From an uncultured bacterium (GTDB taxonomy: Bacteria; Patescibacteriota; Minisyncoccia; Phycocordibacterales; UBA6065), in assembly GCA_966243015.1 (NCBI GenBank), contig CBIMES010000001.1:362076-426075 (forward strand): a stretch of DNA of 64,000 bases. Direction: 5' to 3'. Under the pieces are notes generated by a model that was not told the origin of the DNA, made no database searches, and saw only the letters and a program-made list of their open reading frames with translations. Made by a program: the position numbers and the translations under genes. This document shows, in pieces, positions 36,982 to 46,447 of this stretch; position 1 is the first letter of the stretch, and every line of letters starts with the position of its first letter.

Positions 36982-37884
36982 TTACTGCTTCGGTATAAGT
37001 CGAACCGCCTTGGTGATAATCGGCAGCATGTCGTCATAGAAATTGAGGTCAGCGATCTCGTCCACCTTGAACCACTGAGTCTTGTCGAGTCCGCCCGACT
37101 TCTTGAGAGTAAGCGGGCCGTAGGCGGCCTCGGCGAGGAAGTAGGTCACCTGCTTCCTCAGCTTGCCTTTCTCAGGATGGGTCGCGACGTATTCGTTCGA
37201 GTCAACCTCCTTGATGAGCTTGATATCAATGCCAATCTCCTCCTTGATCTTGCGAACGGTGCCGACCTTGAGGTCTTCGCCCTCGTCGACGCCTCCCTTG
37301 GAGAGCGTCCAGCGACCGAACACGTCGTGAACGAGCGCGAGGTAGATCTCGCCTTCGTGACGCGCGAACACGACGGCGCCACCAAGCTTGAGAATCGGCA
37401 TCTTCTCGAACGGGATGTTGAACTTGTCGTCCTTCTTCTTCGAGACGGCGTCCTTGCCCGGCTCACCCATCTCCTTGTACACGGAACCGAGCACACCGTT
37501 CACGAACTTGCCCGAGTTTTCGCCTCCGAAGCCTTTGGCAAGCTCGATAGCCTCATTGATGGCAACCTTGGCCGGAACCTCCTCGCGATCAGCGAAAAGG
37601 AGCTCGTAGAGGCCCATGCGAAGCACGTTCCTGTCGACGATGGAAATCTTATCAAGGGGCCAGTCTGGGGCGGCCTTGGTGATGATGAGGTCAATCTCGG
37701 GTCGCTTGGAAAGGATTCCCGAGCCAAGGTCCTGCATGAAGGCGAGCTCGGTTGAGCTACCCGGGGCGAACTCGCCGGCGTTTCTCTCTACAGAGGCAGA
37801 GAGGTTGGCGTCCGCATTCCCGCGGAAGTCCCACTCGAAGAGGGACTGCAGTACGACCGATCTTGCAAGGTGCCTGTTTGCCAT
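36982..37884 (-). CDS. nusB: NusB antitermination factor fused to a C-terminal NUDIX hydrolase domain
   Basis: N-terminal SVVLQSLFEWDF...NRLTEVDRAVLRLALYELL-like NusB fold, and a C-terminal Nudix box GGVDEGEDLKVGTVRKIKEEIGI. Confidence 0.8.
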   Translation of the reverse strand: MANRHLARSVVLQSLFEWDFRGNADANLSASVERNAGEFAPGSSTELAFMQDLGSGILSKRPEIDLIITKAAPDWPLDKISIVDRNVLRMGLYELLFADREEVPAKVAINEAIELAKGFGGENSGKFVNGVLGSVYKEMGEPGKDAVSKKKDDKFNIPFEKMPILKLGGAVVFARHEGEIYLALVHDVFGRWTLSKGGVDEGEDLKVGTVRKIKEEIGIDIKLIKEVDSNEYVATHPEKGKLRKQVTYFLAEAAYGPLTLKKSGGLDKTQWFKVDEIADLNFYDDMLPIITKAVRLIPKQ

Positions 37885-37946
37885 AAAATGTTCTGTTCTC
37901 TAATTCCTGACTTCTACTGAGTAAAAGCCAGACATCAAAGGACGAA

Positions 37947-38165
37947 CTATCGAGCCGAAGCGGCCTTCGCCTTCTTCTCCTTTCGAGCGATCTTCTTGTC
38001 GAGGTTGATCACGGTAATACCCTTGTACTTTCCGGTAGCCTTGCTCGCTCGGTGTCGAAGATGGGTCGCTCCGTCCTTATCTACGGTGATCGCAGGGTTC
38101 TTGAGCGCGTGATGTGAGCGCCTGTTTCCCGTATGAGCCCGCGTATGTCGCATTCGTATAACCAT
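37947..38165 (-). CDS. rpmF: 50S ribosomal protein L32
   Basis: MRHTRAHTGNRRSHHALKNPAITVDKDGATHLRHRAS matches the L32 family. Confidence 0.8.
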   Translation of the reverse strand: MVIRMRHTRAHTGNRRSHHALKNPAITVDKDGATHLRHRASKATGKYKGITVINLDKKIARKEKKAKAASAR

Positions 38166-38212
38166 GAATCAATTATATCAAAATATGGCTAAAACGCAAT
38201 CCCTTCTCCCTT

Positions 38213-38815
38213 CTACAGGATATTTCCCAGGAAACTGAGCCTATGGAGGGGCGTTGGGCCCATCCTCTCAATAGCCTCTCGGTGGGCCGCCGTGCCGTAT
38301 CCCTTGTGCCTCTCAATGCCGTAGCCAGGATAGGCCAAGGCCATCTCGTCCATATGGCGATCACGCATGACTTTGGCGATAATCGAGGCCGCGCTGATGA
38401 CGGGAATCTTGTCATCGCCCTTGATGACCGTCTCTTGGTTAACAAAGACGTCGGGAGCCCTGAGGGAACCGTCGAGCATCACCTGCGTAGTCCCCGGATC
38501 AAGCCTGAGGGCGGCGAGCGATGAGGCGAGCGCGTCGCGGATAGCCACGGCGATGCCGAGCCGGTCGATGTCGACGGCGTCAACCGACGCCAAGGCAAAG
38601 TCGATCTCGCCGCGCGCCCTCATGTCAGAAAGCGCGGCGAACCACTCCTCCCTTTTCTTCGCAGAGAGCTTCTTGGAGTCCCTGATGCCCGAGAACTTGG
38701 CAAAGTCAAAGGCCGCAGGCACCGCGCATGCGCACACCGTCACGGGACCGGCAAGCGGACCGCGGCCAACCTCGTCTATTCCGACCACATGCGTAGGTTT
38801 GCCCCTCTTATTCAT
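38213..38815 (-). CDS. rnhB: ribonuclease HII
   Basis: VVGIDEVGRGPLAGPV active-site motif. Start at the ATG at 38815 (MNKRGKP); the longer ORF-track start overlaps the pilin gene. Confidence 0.88.
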   Translation of the reverse strand: MNKRGKPTHVVGIDEVGRGPLAGPVTVCACAVPAAFDFAKFSGIRDSKKLSAKKREEWFAALSDMRARGEIDFALASVDAVDIDRLGIAVAIRDALASSLAALRLDPGTTQVMLDGSLRAPDVFVNQETVIKGDDKIPVISAASIIAKVMRDRHMDEMALAYPGYGIERHKGYGTAAHREAIERMGPTPLHRLSFLGNIL

Positions 38816-39368
38816 CGAATCGATAGGCACAATAGTGACCGCCGTCGTTGCCACAAGGCCCTCCCGTGCCGCAGCACGACCTCACCCCCTTGCCCTGGCA
38901 ATTAAGACTTGCGGGAGCCGAGGTGTTATCAGGCCTCCACAGAACGTATTTTCCATCAACAAGAGTTCCTCCACAGGCGTTTAAGTACGTCCTCGTGTCG
39001 AGATAGAGATACCTATCCCCCCAACCCCTCGAGGGAAGAGGGTCGGCGACACTTGGAAGATTCGACATATAGGGAGACATCGCCGACATGAGGGCCGTGC
39101 TTCCCGACATGTTCCTGTCACCCCAGCACGTCTGACCGTCAGGCACGCCGATGCATCGGGCCCCTCCCACCACGGGAAAGTTTCCGTTGTTGTCCTGCGC
39201 GTAGAGATAGAAAGCGTTCACGATCTGCGCGATGTCGGATTTCCTTCGCGCGTCCCTTGATTTGGCGCGCGCCGAGTTGAGGCTCGCCAAGACGATGCTC
39301 GAGAGGAGCGCGATGATGGCGATGACGACGAGAAGCTCTATGAGGGTGAATGCCTTGGGGTTCCTCAT
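38808..39368 (-). CDS. type IV pilin-like protein (Cys-rich C-terminal domain)
   Basis: MRNPKAFTLIELLVVIAIIALLSSIVLASLNSARAKS prepilin N-terminus. Confidence 0.8.
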   Translation of the reverse strand: MRNPKAFTLIELLVVIAIIALLSSIVLASLNSARAKSRDARRKSDIAQIVNAFYLYAQDNNGNFPVVGGARCIGVPDGQTCWGDRNMSGSTALMSAMSPYMSNLPSVADPLPSRGWGDRYLYLDTRTYLNACGGTLVDGKYVLWRPDNTSAPASLNCQGKGVRSCCGTGGPCGNDGGHYCAYRFDE

Positions 39369-39369
39369 T

Positions 39370-39867
39370 TTATTCGTAGATAACCCAGCCCTCGACCCCC
39401 GAAGGATTCGCCTTGCAATAATCGGTCGCGTAGGAAAAATAATAGAATACTTTCGAATTCGCCGTGTTAAGTATGTCCCTGCGGCAATCCGTCGAACTCA
39501 GCTCGCCCTCGTTCTCGTCAAGCCGGTACACGCTGCCCCACGGGTCGTATATGATTTTATCCACCCCCTGATACACGTTGCCCCCTTTGGTAATTATCGT
39601 GCCCAACGCGGTTGCGAGAGCGGTGTCCATGGGACTCACGCACCTCGTACACCCACTGCTTGTGACCTGTCGCAGGGTCTGGCCCGTCTCGTTCCTCGCC
39701 GCCTCGACCGCGAGCGCGATCTGACGAATCGAAGACTGCGCCGCCCTCACCTTTGACTTCTCGCGCGCCGAGTTGAGGCTCGCCAAGACGACGCTCGAGA
39801 GGAGCGCGATGATGGCGATGACCACGAGGAGCTCGATGAGGGTGAATCCTTGTCGTTTGCGGATCAT
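39370..39867 (-). CDS. type IV pilin-like protein
   Basis: MIRKRQGFTLIELLVVIAIIALLSSVVLASLNSAREKS. Only 2 nt lie between this gene and the next pilin gene. Confidence 0.8.
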   Translation of the reverse strand: MIRKRQGFTLIELLVVIAIIALLSSVVLASLNSAREKSKVRAAQSSIRQIALAVEAARNETGQTLRQVTSSGCTRCVSPMDTALATALGTIITKGGNVYQGVDKIIYDPWGSVYRLDENEGELSSTDCRRDILNTANSKVFYYFSYATDYCKANPSGVEGWVIYE

Positions 39868-39928
39868 TGTTATCCATTATATACAGCGAGCTGTGATGTA
39901 CAACCCATTTTGATATACTTTATCCACC

Positions 39929-42900
39929 ATGGCCGCCCGATTCATCCACCTTCACACTCACTCCCACTATTCCCTCCTCACCGCCCTCCCGAAGATCGAT
40001 GATCTGGTCGACGCCGCCAAGTCGGACGGCGCGACTGCCCTCGCCCTCACTGACAACGGCAATCTCTACGGCGCCATCGAATTCTACAAGGAGTGCAAGA
40101 AGGCTGGCATCAAGCCGATCATCGGCATCGACGCCTACGTCGCGTCCCGAAGCAGGCACGACAAGCAGTCGGGTATCGACTCGCGCCGCACCAGGCTGAT
40201 CCTTCTCGCAAAGGATGAGAAAGGCTACCAGAACCTCGTCCAGCTCGTGACCAAGAGCTTCCTCGAGGGCTTCTACTACAAGCCCCGCATCGACAAGGAG
40301 CTCATCCAGCTGCACAAGGACGGCATCGTGGCCATCGCCTCGGCCTTCAACGGTGATCTCAGCATGGCCCTCCAGGGAAACGACATCGACAAGGCCTGCG
40401 AGATCGCCAATTGGTACAAAGGCGTATACGGCCCTGACTTCTACCTGGAAATCACCCACCACCCCGACATCGACGGGCACGAGACGCTCATGGAGCGCAC
40501 CAAGGAGGTGTCGAAAAGGACCGGCATCCCTCTCGTGGCGGGCGCGAACGTCCACTACCTCAACCCCGAGGACAAGCAGGCGCAGCAGACCCTCATGCTC
40601 GTGAACTCGTCGGGAGACGACCGCATCTCGGACGACGACATCGCCGATTTCTCCTTCATATCGAACGAGAAGGCCCAGCAGTACTTCCGCGACGTGCCCG
40701 AGGCCATCGCCAACACCGAGAAAATCGCGAACGAGTGCGAGTTCAAGATCGAGCTCGGAAAGTGGGTGTTTCCCGACTTCAAGCTGCCCGAGGGCGAGAC
40801 CCCTGACACGGCCCTGCGCAAGGTCGTGTATGAGGGCTTCGCCAAGCGAGGCGTGAAGCAGGACGAGTTCACCGTGAAGCGCGTCGAGTACGAGCTCGAG
40901 GTCATCAAGAACAAGGGATACTCGCCGTACTTCCTCATCGTGGCCGACCTCCTGAAATACGCTCGCTCGCATGGCATTCTGTCTAACATCCGAGGATCGG
41001 TCTCCGGATCGATGGTGACGTACCTTTCCGGCATCACAAACCTCAACCCGATCGAGTACGAGATTCCGTTCGAGCGATTCCTCAACCCAGACCGACCGTC
41101 GGCACCCGATATCGACATGGACTATGCCGATAACAGGCGCGACGAGATGATCGACTACGCGCGAGCAAAGTACGGCGCTGAGAAGGTGGCCCAGATCGGA
41201 ACCTTCGGCACCATGGCCGCCAAGGGATCGGTGCGAGACGTCACCCGCGCCCTCGGCTACCCCGTCGAGATGGGAAACAAGCTCTCGGCCCTCATACCGA
41301 TGGGTTCGCAGGGTTTCCCCATGACGATCGACACGGCCCTCGAGACCGTGCCGGACCTCGCCAAGCTCTACAAGGACGACCCTGACACGAGGCGCATCAT
41401 CGACATGGCCAAGAAGATCGAAGGCTGCGCACGGCAAATGGGAGTCCACGCCGCGGGAGTGGTCATCGCGCCGACGTCGCTCACTGACTTCACACCCCTC
41501 CAGTACGACACCAAGGGCGAGAACAAGATCATCTCGCAGTACGACATGTACTCAATCGAGGAGGCAGGCCTTCTCAAGTTCGACTTCCTCGGACTGAAAA
41601 ACCTTTCCATCATCGCGGACGCCCTCGCCCTCGTCGAGAAGAACCACGGCGTGAAGATCGACCTCGACACCATGCCCGTCGACGACAAGAAGACCTTCGA
41701 AATGCTCGCCCGCGGCGAGACGTCGGACCTCTTCCAGCTCAACGGCGAAGGAATGACCAAGCACCTCAAGGACCTGAGGCCGACCTCGATCCACGACATC
41801 AACGCAATGGTGGCCCTCTACCGACCGGGTCCGATTCAGTTCATCCCTCAGTACATCGAGCGAAAACACAACCCGTCCCTCATCACCTACCTCGACCCAG
41901 CGCTCGAGCCAATTCTCGAAAAGACCTACGGAATCCTCGTCTACCAGGACGACCTCCTCATGATGGCCAACAAGCTCGCGGGATACACCTGGGGCGAAGT
42001 GGACAAGTTCCGAAAGGCCGTCGGTAAGAAGATCCCGGAGGAGATGGCGGCCCAGAAGGAAAAATTCATCGCGGGCTGCGTGAAGTACCAAGGTTGGCCC
42101 GAGAAGAAGGCCAAAGAGCTCTGGACCTGGATCGAGCCGTTCGCGGCGTACGGATTCAACAAGGCACACTCTGTGTCATACGGACGCGTGGCGTACCAGA
42201 CCGCGTACCTCAAGGCCAACTACCCGGGCGAGTACATGACCGCCATCATGATTCACGAGGCCGGAGAAGTCGAGAAAATCGCCGAATCCATTGCCGAGTC
42301 GAAGCGACTCAAGATCCCCGTACTCCCACCGTCGGTGAACGAGAGCCTCGAGAAATTTGCCCTCATCAAGGGAGCCCCGACGGCCGAGACCTCGGGCGAC
42401 ATCATTCGCTTCGGACTGAACTCAATCAAGAACTTTGGCGAGGGCATAGCCAAGGCCATCATCGATGAGCGCGACCGCGGAGGCCGCTTCAAGTCCCTTT
42501 CCGACTTCCTCTCGCGCGTGAAGGACAAGAACCTCAACAAGAAGTCACTCGAGTCCCTCATCAAATGCGGGGCACTCGACGAGTTCGCAGACCGAACGGC
42601 CATGTACGGCAACATCGACCGACTCCTCGAGTACAACAAGGAGAAGGCGAAGGCCGGCAACAATCAAGACTCCCTCTTCGGCGGCATCGCCGGAGCCGAC
42701 GACGTGCGACTTGATCCCGTGGCACCGATCACCCTTCACGAGAAACTGCTCTGGGAAAAGGAGCTTCTCGGCCTTTACATCTCTGGCCACCCCCTCGACA
42801 AGTACAAGGAGACCCTGGCGAAGCGACCCATCAACGTGGCAAGCATCAAGGCGCATGTTCAGAAAAGCATCGCCGAGGAGAAGAAGGTCAGCGAGAAGAC

Positions 42901-43141
42901 AATCAGCCTCGCCTGCATCATCGAAGAGGCACGCGTCATAAAGACCAAGAAGGGCGAGGACATGGCGTTCCTCAAGATCGCCGATCTCACGGGGAGCATG
43001 GAGGCAGTCTCCTTCCCAAAAACCTACGTACGATGGAAGAGCATCATCGTTCCCGACAAGCTCGTAGGAATCAAGGGTAAAATCTCTGACCGCAACGGCG
43101 AGGCATCAATCCTCATCGACAGCTTCGTGAACATTCAGTAA
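39929..43141 (+). CDS. dnaE: DNA polymerase III subunit alpha
   Basis: N-terminal PHP domain HLHTHSHYSLL, polymerase core, and a C-terminal OB fold. Confidence 0.95.
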   Translation: MAARFIHLHTHSHYSLLTALPKIDDLVDAAKSDGATALALTDNGNLYGAIEFYKECKKAGIKPIIGIDAYVASRSRHDKQSGIDSRRTRLILLAKDEKGYQNLVQLVTKSFLEGFYYKPRIDKELIQLHKDGIVAIASAFNGDLSMALQGNDIDKACEIANWYKGVYGPDFYLEITHHPDIDGHETLMERTKEVSKRTGIPLVAGANVHYLNPEDKQAQQTLMLVNSSGDDRISDDDIADFSFISNEKAQQYFRDVPEAIANTEKIANECEFKIELGKWVFPDFKLPEGETPDTALRKVVYEGFAKRGVKQDEFTVKRVEYELEVIKNKGYSPYFLIVADLLKYARSHGILSNIRGSVSGSMVTYLSGITNLNPIEYEIPFERFLNPDRPSAPDIDMDYADNRRDEMIDYARAKYGAEKVAQIGTFGTMAAKGSVRDVTRALGYPVEMGNKLSALIPMGSQGFPMTIDTALETVPDLAKLYKDDPDTRRIIDMAKKIEGCARQMGVHAAGVVIAPTSLTDFTPLQYDTKGENKIISQYDMYSIEEAGLLKFDFLGLKNLSIIADALALVEKNHGVKIDLDTMPVDDKKTFEMLARGETSDLFQLNGEGMTKHLKDLRPTSIHDINAMVALYRPGPIQFIPQYIERKHNPSLITYLDPALEPILEKTYGILVYQDDLLMMANKLAGYTWGEVDKFRKAVGKKIPEEMAAQKEKFIAGCVKYQGWPEKKAKELWTWIEPFAAYGFNKAHSVSYGRVAYQTAYLKANYPGEYMTAIMIHEAGEVEKIAESIAESKRLKIPVLPPSVNESLEKFALIKGAPTAETSGDIIRFGLNSIKNFGEGIAKAIIDERDRGGRFKSLSDFLSRVKDKNLNKKSLESLIKCGALDEFADRTAMYGNIDRLLEYNKEKAKAGNNQDSLFGGIAGADDVRLDPVAPITLHEKLLWEKELLGLYISGHPLDKYKETLAKRPINVASIKAHVQKSIAEEKKVSEKTISLACIIEEARVIKTKKGEDMAFLKIADLTGSMEAVSFPKTYVRWKSIIVPDKLVGIKGKISDRNGEASILIDSFVNIQ

Positions 43142-43157
43142 CCCGACCCGACAGCCG

Positions 43158-43541
43158 CTAAGTGATCTCGTCCCAGTCCGCCTTGCTAAAGGCGAGATGC
43201 TGAATTTGGGCCGATAGGGCTCGGTCGCGATGCTCTGACTCCTTACCCTGCTTGTGTATTTCTGCGATAAGCGAACGGTCCCTGTCCTCTGATTCCTTGG
43301 CATACGAATCAACTTTAGCGTCGAGACGAGTCACATCAGTAGCAATTGCATCAATCCGAGCTGAAAGTTCCCCGTCCCTTCTCTCCGATTCTTTGTCGAC
43401 AATATCGATTTTCCGATCAAGAGCCTCAAACCCATCCATCATCTTTGATTCAATAGTTACGAACTTCGGCAAGATGATTTCCTCGGCGAGAATCTTAAAA
43501 AGTCCGACCGTCAGCACGTCATTATCTTTGATTTCCCTCAT
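43158..43541 (-). CDS. hypothetical coiled-coil protein
   Basis: 127-aa charged, heptad-rich ORF with no recognisable domain. Confidence 0.45.
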   Translation of the reverse strand: MREIKDNDVLTVGLFKILAEEIILPKFVTIESKMMDGFEALDRKIDIVDKESERRDGELSARIDAIATDVTRLDAKVDSYAKESEDRDRSLIAEIHKQGKESEHRDRALSAQIQHLAFSKADWDEIT

Positions 43542-43599
43542 GGCGGAATCGTGATTACCGACCTGATAAAAGCGCTTGCGGATAGGATAGCAGACGGGC

Positions 43600-43835
43600 G
43601 CTCAAAGAAACTTAAAATACCCCATCACGCCACGGGTTTGACCAAAAACCTCCCACGGGATACCATAAGAACCATCAGAGATTGCCCCGGCTACCAACCG
43701 GAGGAGACCGCAAGGAATCGGCCCACGGCCCCAATCTGAGACCCCAAGAGACCAAAACTAGGTGGAACCGCGGTCTAGATCGCCCTAGTGAGTTCACGAA
43801 TTTTCGTGTATTCACTAGGGCGCTTTGCGTTTTAA
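43600..43835 (+). promoter_or_regulatory. putative T-box riboswitch leader of thrS
   Basis: AACTAGGTGGAACCGCGG at 43756-43773 matches the T-box consensus (A)GGGUGGNACCGCG. It is followed by an 11-bp terminator stem cgccctagtga/tcactagggcg (43781-43821) plus CTTTGCGTTTT. An AGAGA motif lies at 43673. Confidence 0.5.
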
Positions 43836-43870
43836 GCCGGTACCGCATTTATCAAACTTATTACAAATCC

Positions 43871-45607
43871 ATGTCATCACTCCCCGAAATACGACACTCA
43901 TTCGCCCACCTTCTCGCCGCGGCAGTCGAGAAGATGTACCCAGGCGCCAAGAACACCATCGGCCCTGCCGTCGACAACGGCTTCTACTACGACTTCGAGT
44001 TCGCCCCCGACAACAAGCCTTCCGAGAAGGACTTCCTCAAGATCGAGTCGAGCATGCGAAAAATTCTCCCGCACTGGAAGGACTTCGAGAAGATCGTCGT
44101 CACCCCCGAGGAGGCGCGCGCCAAGTTCTCCGACAACCCATACAAGCTCGAGCTCATCGAGGGAATCATCGCCAAGGGCGAGGAGATCACCCTCTACAAG
44201 TCGGGCGAGTTCGTCGACCTCTGCCGAGGCGGACACGCTGACCCCCGCGAGATGCCACTCGACGCCTTCAAGCTCGAGCGCATCGCCGGAGCGTACTGGC
44301 GCGGAGACGAGACCAAGCCGATGCTCACCCGCATCTACGGGCTCGCCTTCAACAGCAAGGAGGAGCTCGAGACGCACCAGAACCAGGTAGCCGAGGCAAA
44401 GAAGCGCGACCACAAGGTCCTCGGCCCAGCCCTCGACCTCTTCACCTTCTCCGACCTCGTCGGAGCGGGACTCCCCCTCTGGACCCCGCGCGGAACCGTC
44501 GTGCGAAACCTCCTCGACGAGTTCGTGTGGTCTCTCAGGTCAAAGCACGGCTACGAGCGGGTTGAAATCCCTCATATCACCAAGAAGGACCTCTACATGA
44601 CCTCGGGACACTGGGACAAGTACCAGAACGACCTCTTCAAAGTGACGACTCGCGAGGGTCACGAATTCGCCATGAAGCCGATGAATTGCCCTCACCACAC
44701 GCAGATATTCGCCCGCAAGCAGTGGAGCTACCGCGAGCTTCCCCAGCGATACGCGAACACCACCACCTGCTACCGCGACGAGCAGACCGGCGAGCTCTCG
44801 GGGCTCTCTCGCGTGCGCGCATTCGCCCAGGACGACGCACACGTCTTCTGCCGCATGTCTGACGTAAAGGCAGAATTCCTCAAAATCTGGAACATCATCC
44901 ACGAGTTCTATCCCGTCTTCGGCCTCAACCTCAAGGTGCGCTTCTCGCGACGAGACCCCGCAACCCCCGAGAAGTATCTCGGCGACACGGCACGATGGGA
45001 CATGGCAGAGGGCTTCCTTAGGGAAATCCTCGACGAAAAGGGCGCAATCGCCATCGACGGTCCCGGCGAGGCAGCATTCTACGGCCCAAAGCTCGACTTC
45101 ATGGCAAACGACTCTATCGGCAGGTCATGGCAAGTTGCCACGATCCAGCTCGACATGAACATGCCCGAGCGATTCGACCTCACCTGCGTGAACGACAAGG
45201 GCGAGAAGGAGCGCATCGTCATGATCCACGCCGCAATCATGGGATCGCTCGAGCGATTTATGTCAGTGCTCATCGAGCACACGGGCGGCAACTTCCCTCT
45301 CTGGCTCGCGCCGACCCAGGTGAAGGTCATCCCTGTCCGCGAGGATCACGACACGCACGCCCAGAAGGCCGCAGAGGCGCTTCGAGCGGCAGGCCTCCGC
45401 GTTGACCTCGACCTCTCGCCAGCGGGCTTCGGCAAAAAGATTCGCGCCGCCAAGGACATGAAGATCCCGTACACCGTCATCATCGGAGACAAGGACATCG
45501 AGGCAGGCAAGGTCACGCTCGAGTCCCGTGACAAGGGCCAGATCGGCCAGATGTCGATCGAGGAGGTTTCAACCCAACTCGTCACAGAGTCACAGGCGAA
45601 GGCATAA
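43871..45607 (+). CDS. thrS: threonine--tRNA ligase (578 aa, lacking the N-terminal TGS/editing extension)
   Basis: Class II aaRS core (motifs 2/3) plus an anticodon-binding domain. Start at the ATG at 43871 (MSSLPEIRHSFAHLLAAAVEKMYP). The ORF-track extension covers the leader. Confidence 0.93.
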   Translation: MSSLPEIRHSFAHLLAAAVEKMYPGAKNTIGPAVDNGFYYDFEFAPDNKPSEKDFLKIESSMRKILPHWKDFEKIVVTPEEARAKFSDNPYKLELIEGIIAKGEEITLYKSGEFVDLCRGGHADPREMPLDAFKLERIAGAYWRGDETKPMLTRIYGLAFNSKEELETHQNQVAEAKKRDHKVLGPALDLFTFSDLVGAGLPLWTPRGTVVRNLLDEFVWSLRSKHGYERVEIPHITKKDLYMTSGHWDKYQNDLFKVTTREGHEFAMKPMNCPHHTQIFARKQWSYRELPQRYANTTTCYRDEQTGELSGLSRVRAFAQDDAHVFCRMSDVKAEFLKIWNIIHEFYPVFGLNLKVRFSRRDPATPEKYLGDTARWDMAEGFLREILDEKGAIAIDGPGEAAFYGPKLDFMANDSIGRSWQVATIQLDMNMPERFDLTCVNDKGEKERIVMIHAAIMGSLERFMSVLIEHTGGNFPLWLAPTQVKVIPVREDHDTHAQKAAEALRAAGLRVDLDLSPAGFGKKIRAAKDMKIPYTVIIGDKDIEAGKVTLESRDKGQIGQMSIEEVSTQLVTESQAKA

Positions 45608-45623
45608 GTGGTATTATTGACGC

Positions 45624-46439
45624 ATGCATCCCCGAAAAGGATTCACGCTCATCGAGCTTCTCGTCGTCATATCAATTATATCGCTCCTCTCGAGCGTGGT
45701 TCTCGCGAGCCTGAACTCGGCGCGGGCCAAGGCGAGACTGGCAGCCGGCAAACAGTTTGCGGCAAGCGTTCATCACGCGGCCGGCGACCAGGCCATCGGC
45801 ATGTGGGACTTCGACGCCTGCTCTGGAACCACAGCAGCGGACAGCGCAGGCTCGTCTGACTTTGCCCTCACTGGCTCGCCGACATGGTCCTCTGACTCAC
45901 CCAGGGGCACCGGCTGCGCGATGACGTTCAACGGCACCAGCCAGTACGGCACTATCGTTACGACGGCGTTCAACAAAGTAAACGGAGAGGAAATCACCGT
46001 GTCAGCCTGGATAAAGCCAGGAAAGCTCGGAAGCGGTTATCAGGGCATCGTCTCGAACAGAGGAACCGGCGGCACCCCTTACAACTGGATCTTCTACCTC
46101 CACACGACTGACGGAGCCCTCTCCTTCCACGGCAGCGCCCAGAACAAATCCGCATACGTGCCAACGCTTGATACATGGACGCACGTCGCCGCAGTCGTAG
46201 ACTCATCAGGAAACGCAAAGCTCTACGCAAACGGAAGCGTGGTTCAATCGTACTCGGGATATTCCTTCGGCACGGTCGCCGGACGACTCAACGTGGGCGC
46301 GACATCGCCAGGATCAGAGTACTTCCAAGGAAGCATAGACGAAGTTCGCGTGTACTCCAAGACCCTTACAGCCTCAAACGTGCGGGCAATCTTCGCCGAG
46401 GGTGCGACGCGGCACTCGCTCGCGGTTAATGGTATATAA
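45624..46439 (+). CDS. type IV pilin-like protein with a LamG-like domain (paralog of 35331..36146)
   Basis: MHPRKGFTLIELLVVISIISLLSSVVLASLNSARAKA followed by a LamG-like domain (GSIDEVRVYSKTL). Confidence 0.8.
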   Translation: MHPRKGFTLIELLVVISIISLLSSVVLASLNSARAKARLAAGKQFAASVHHAAGDQAIGMWDFDACSGTTAADSAGSSDFALTGSPTWSSDSPRGTGCAMTFNGTSQYGTIVTTAFNKVNGEEITVSAWIKPGKLGSGYQGIVSNRGTGGTPYNWIFYLHTTDGALSFHGSAQNKSAYVPTLDTWTHVAAVVDSSGNAKLYANGSVVQSYSGYSFGTVAGRLNVGATSPGSEYFQGSIDEVRVYSKTLTASNVRAIFAEGATRHSLAVNGI

Positions 46440-46447
46440 TAGAAAAC

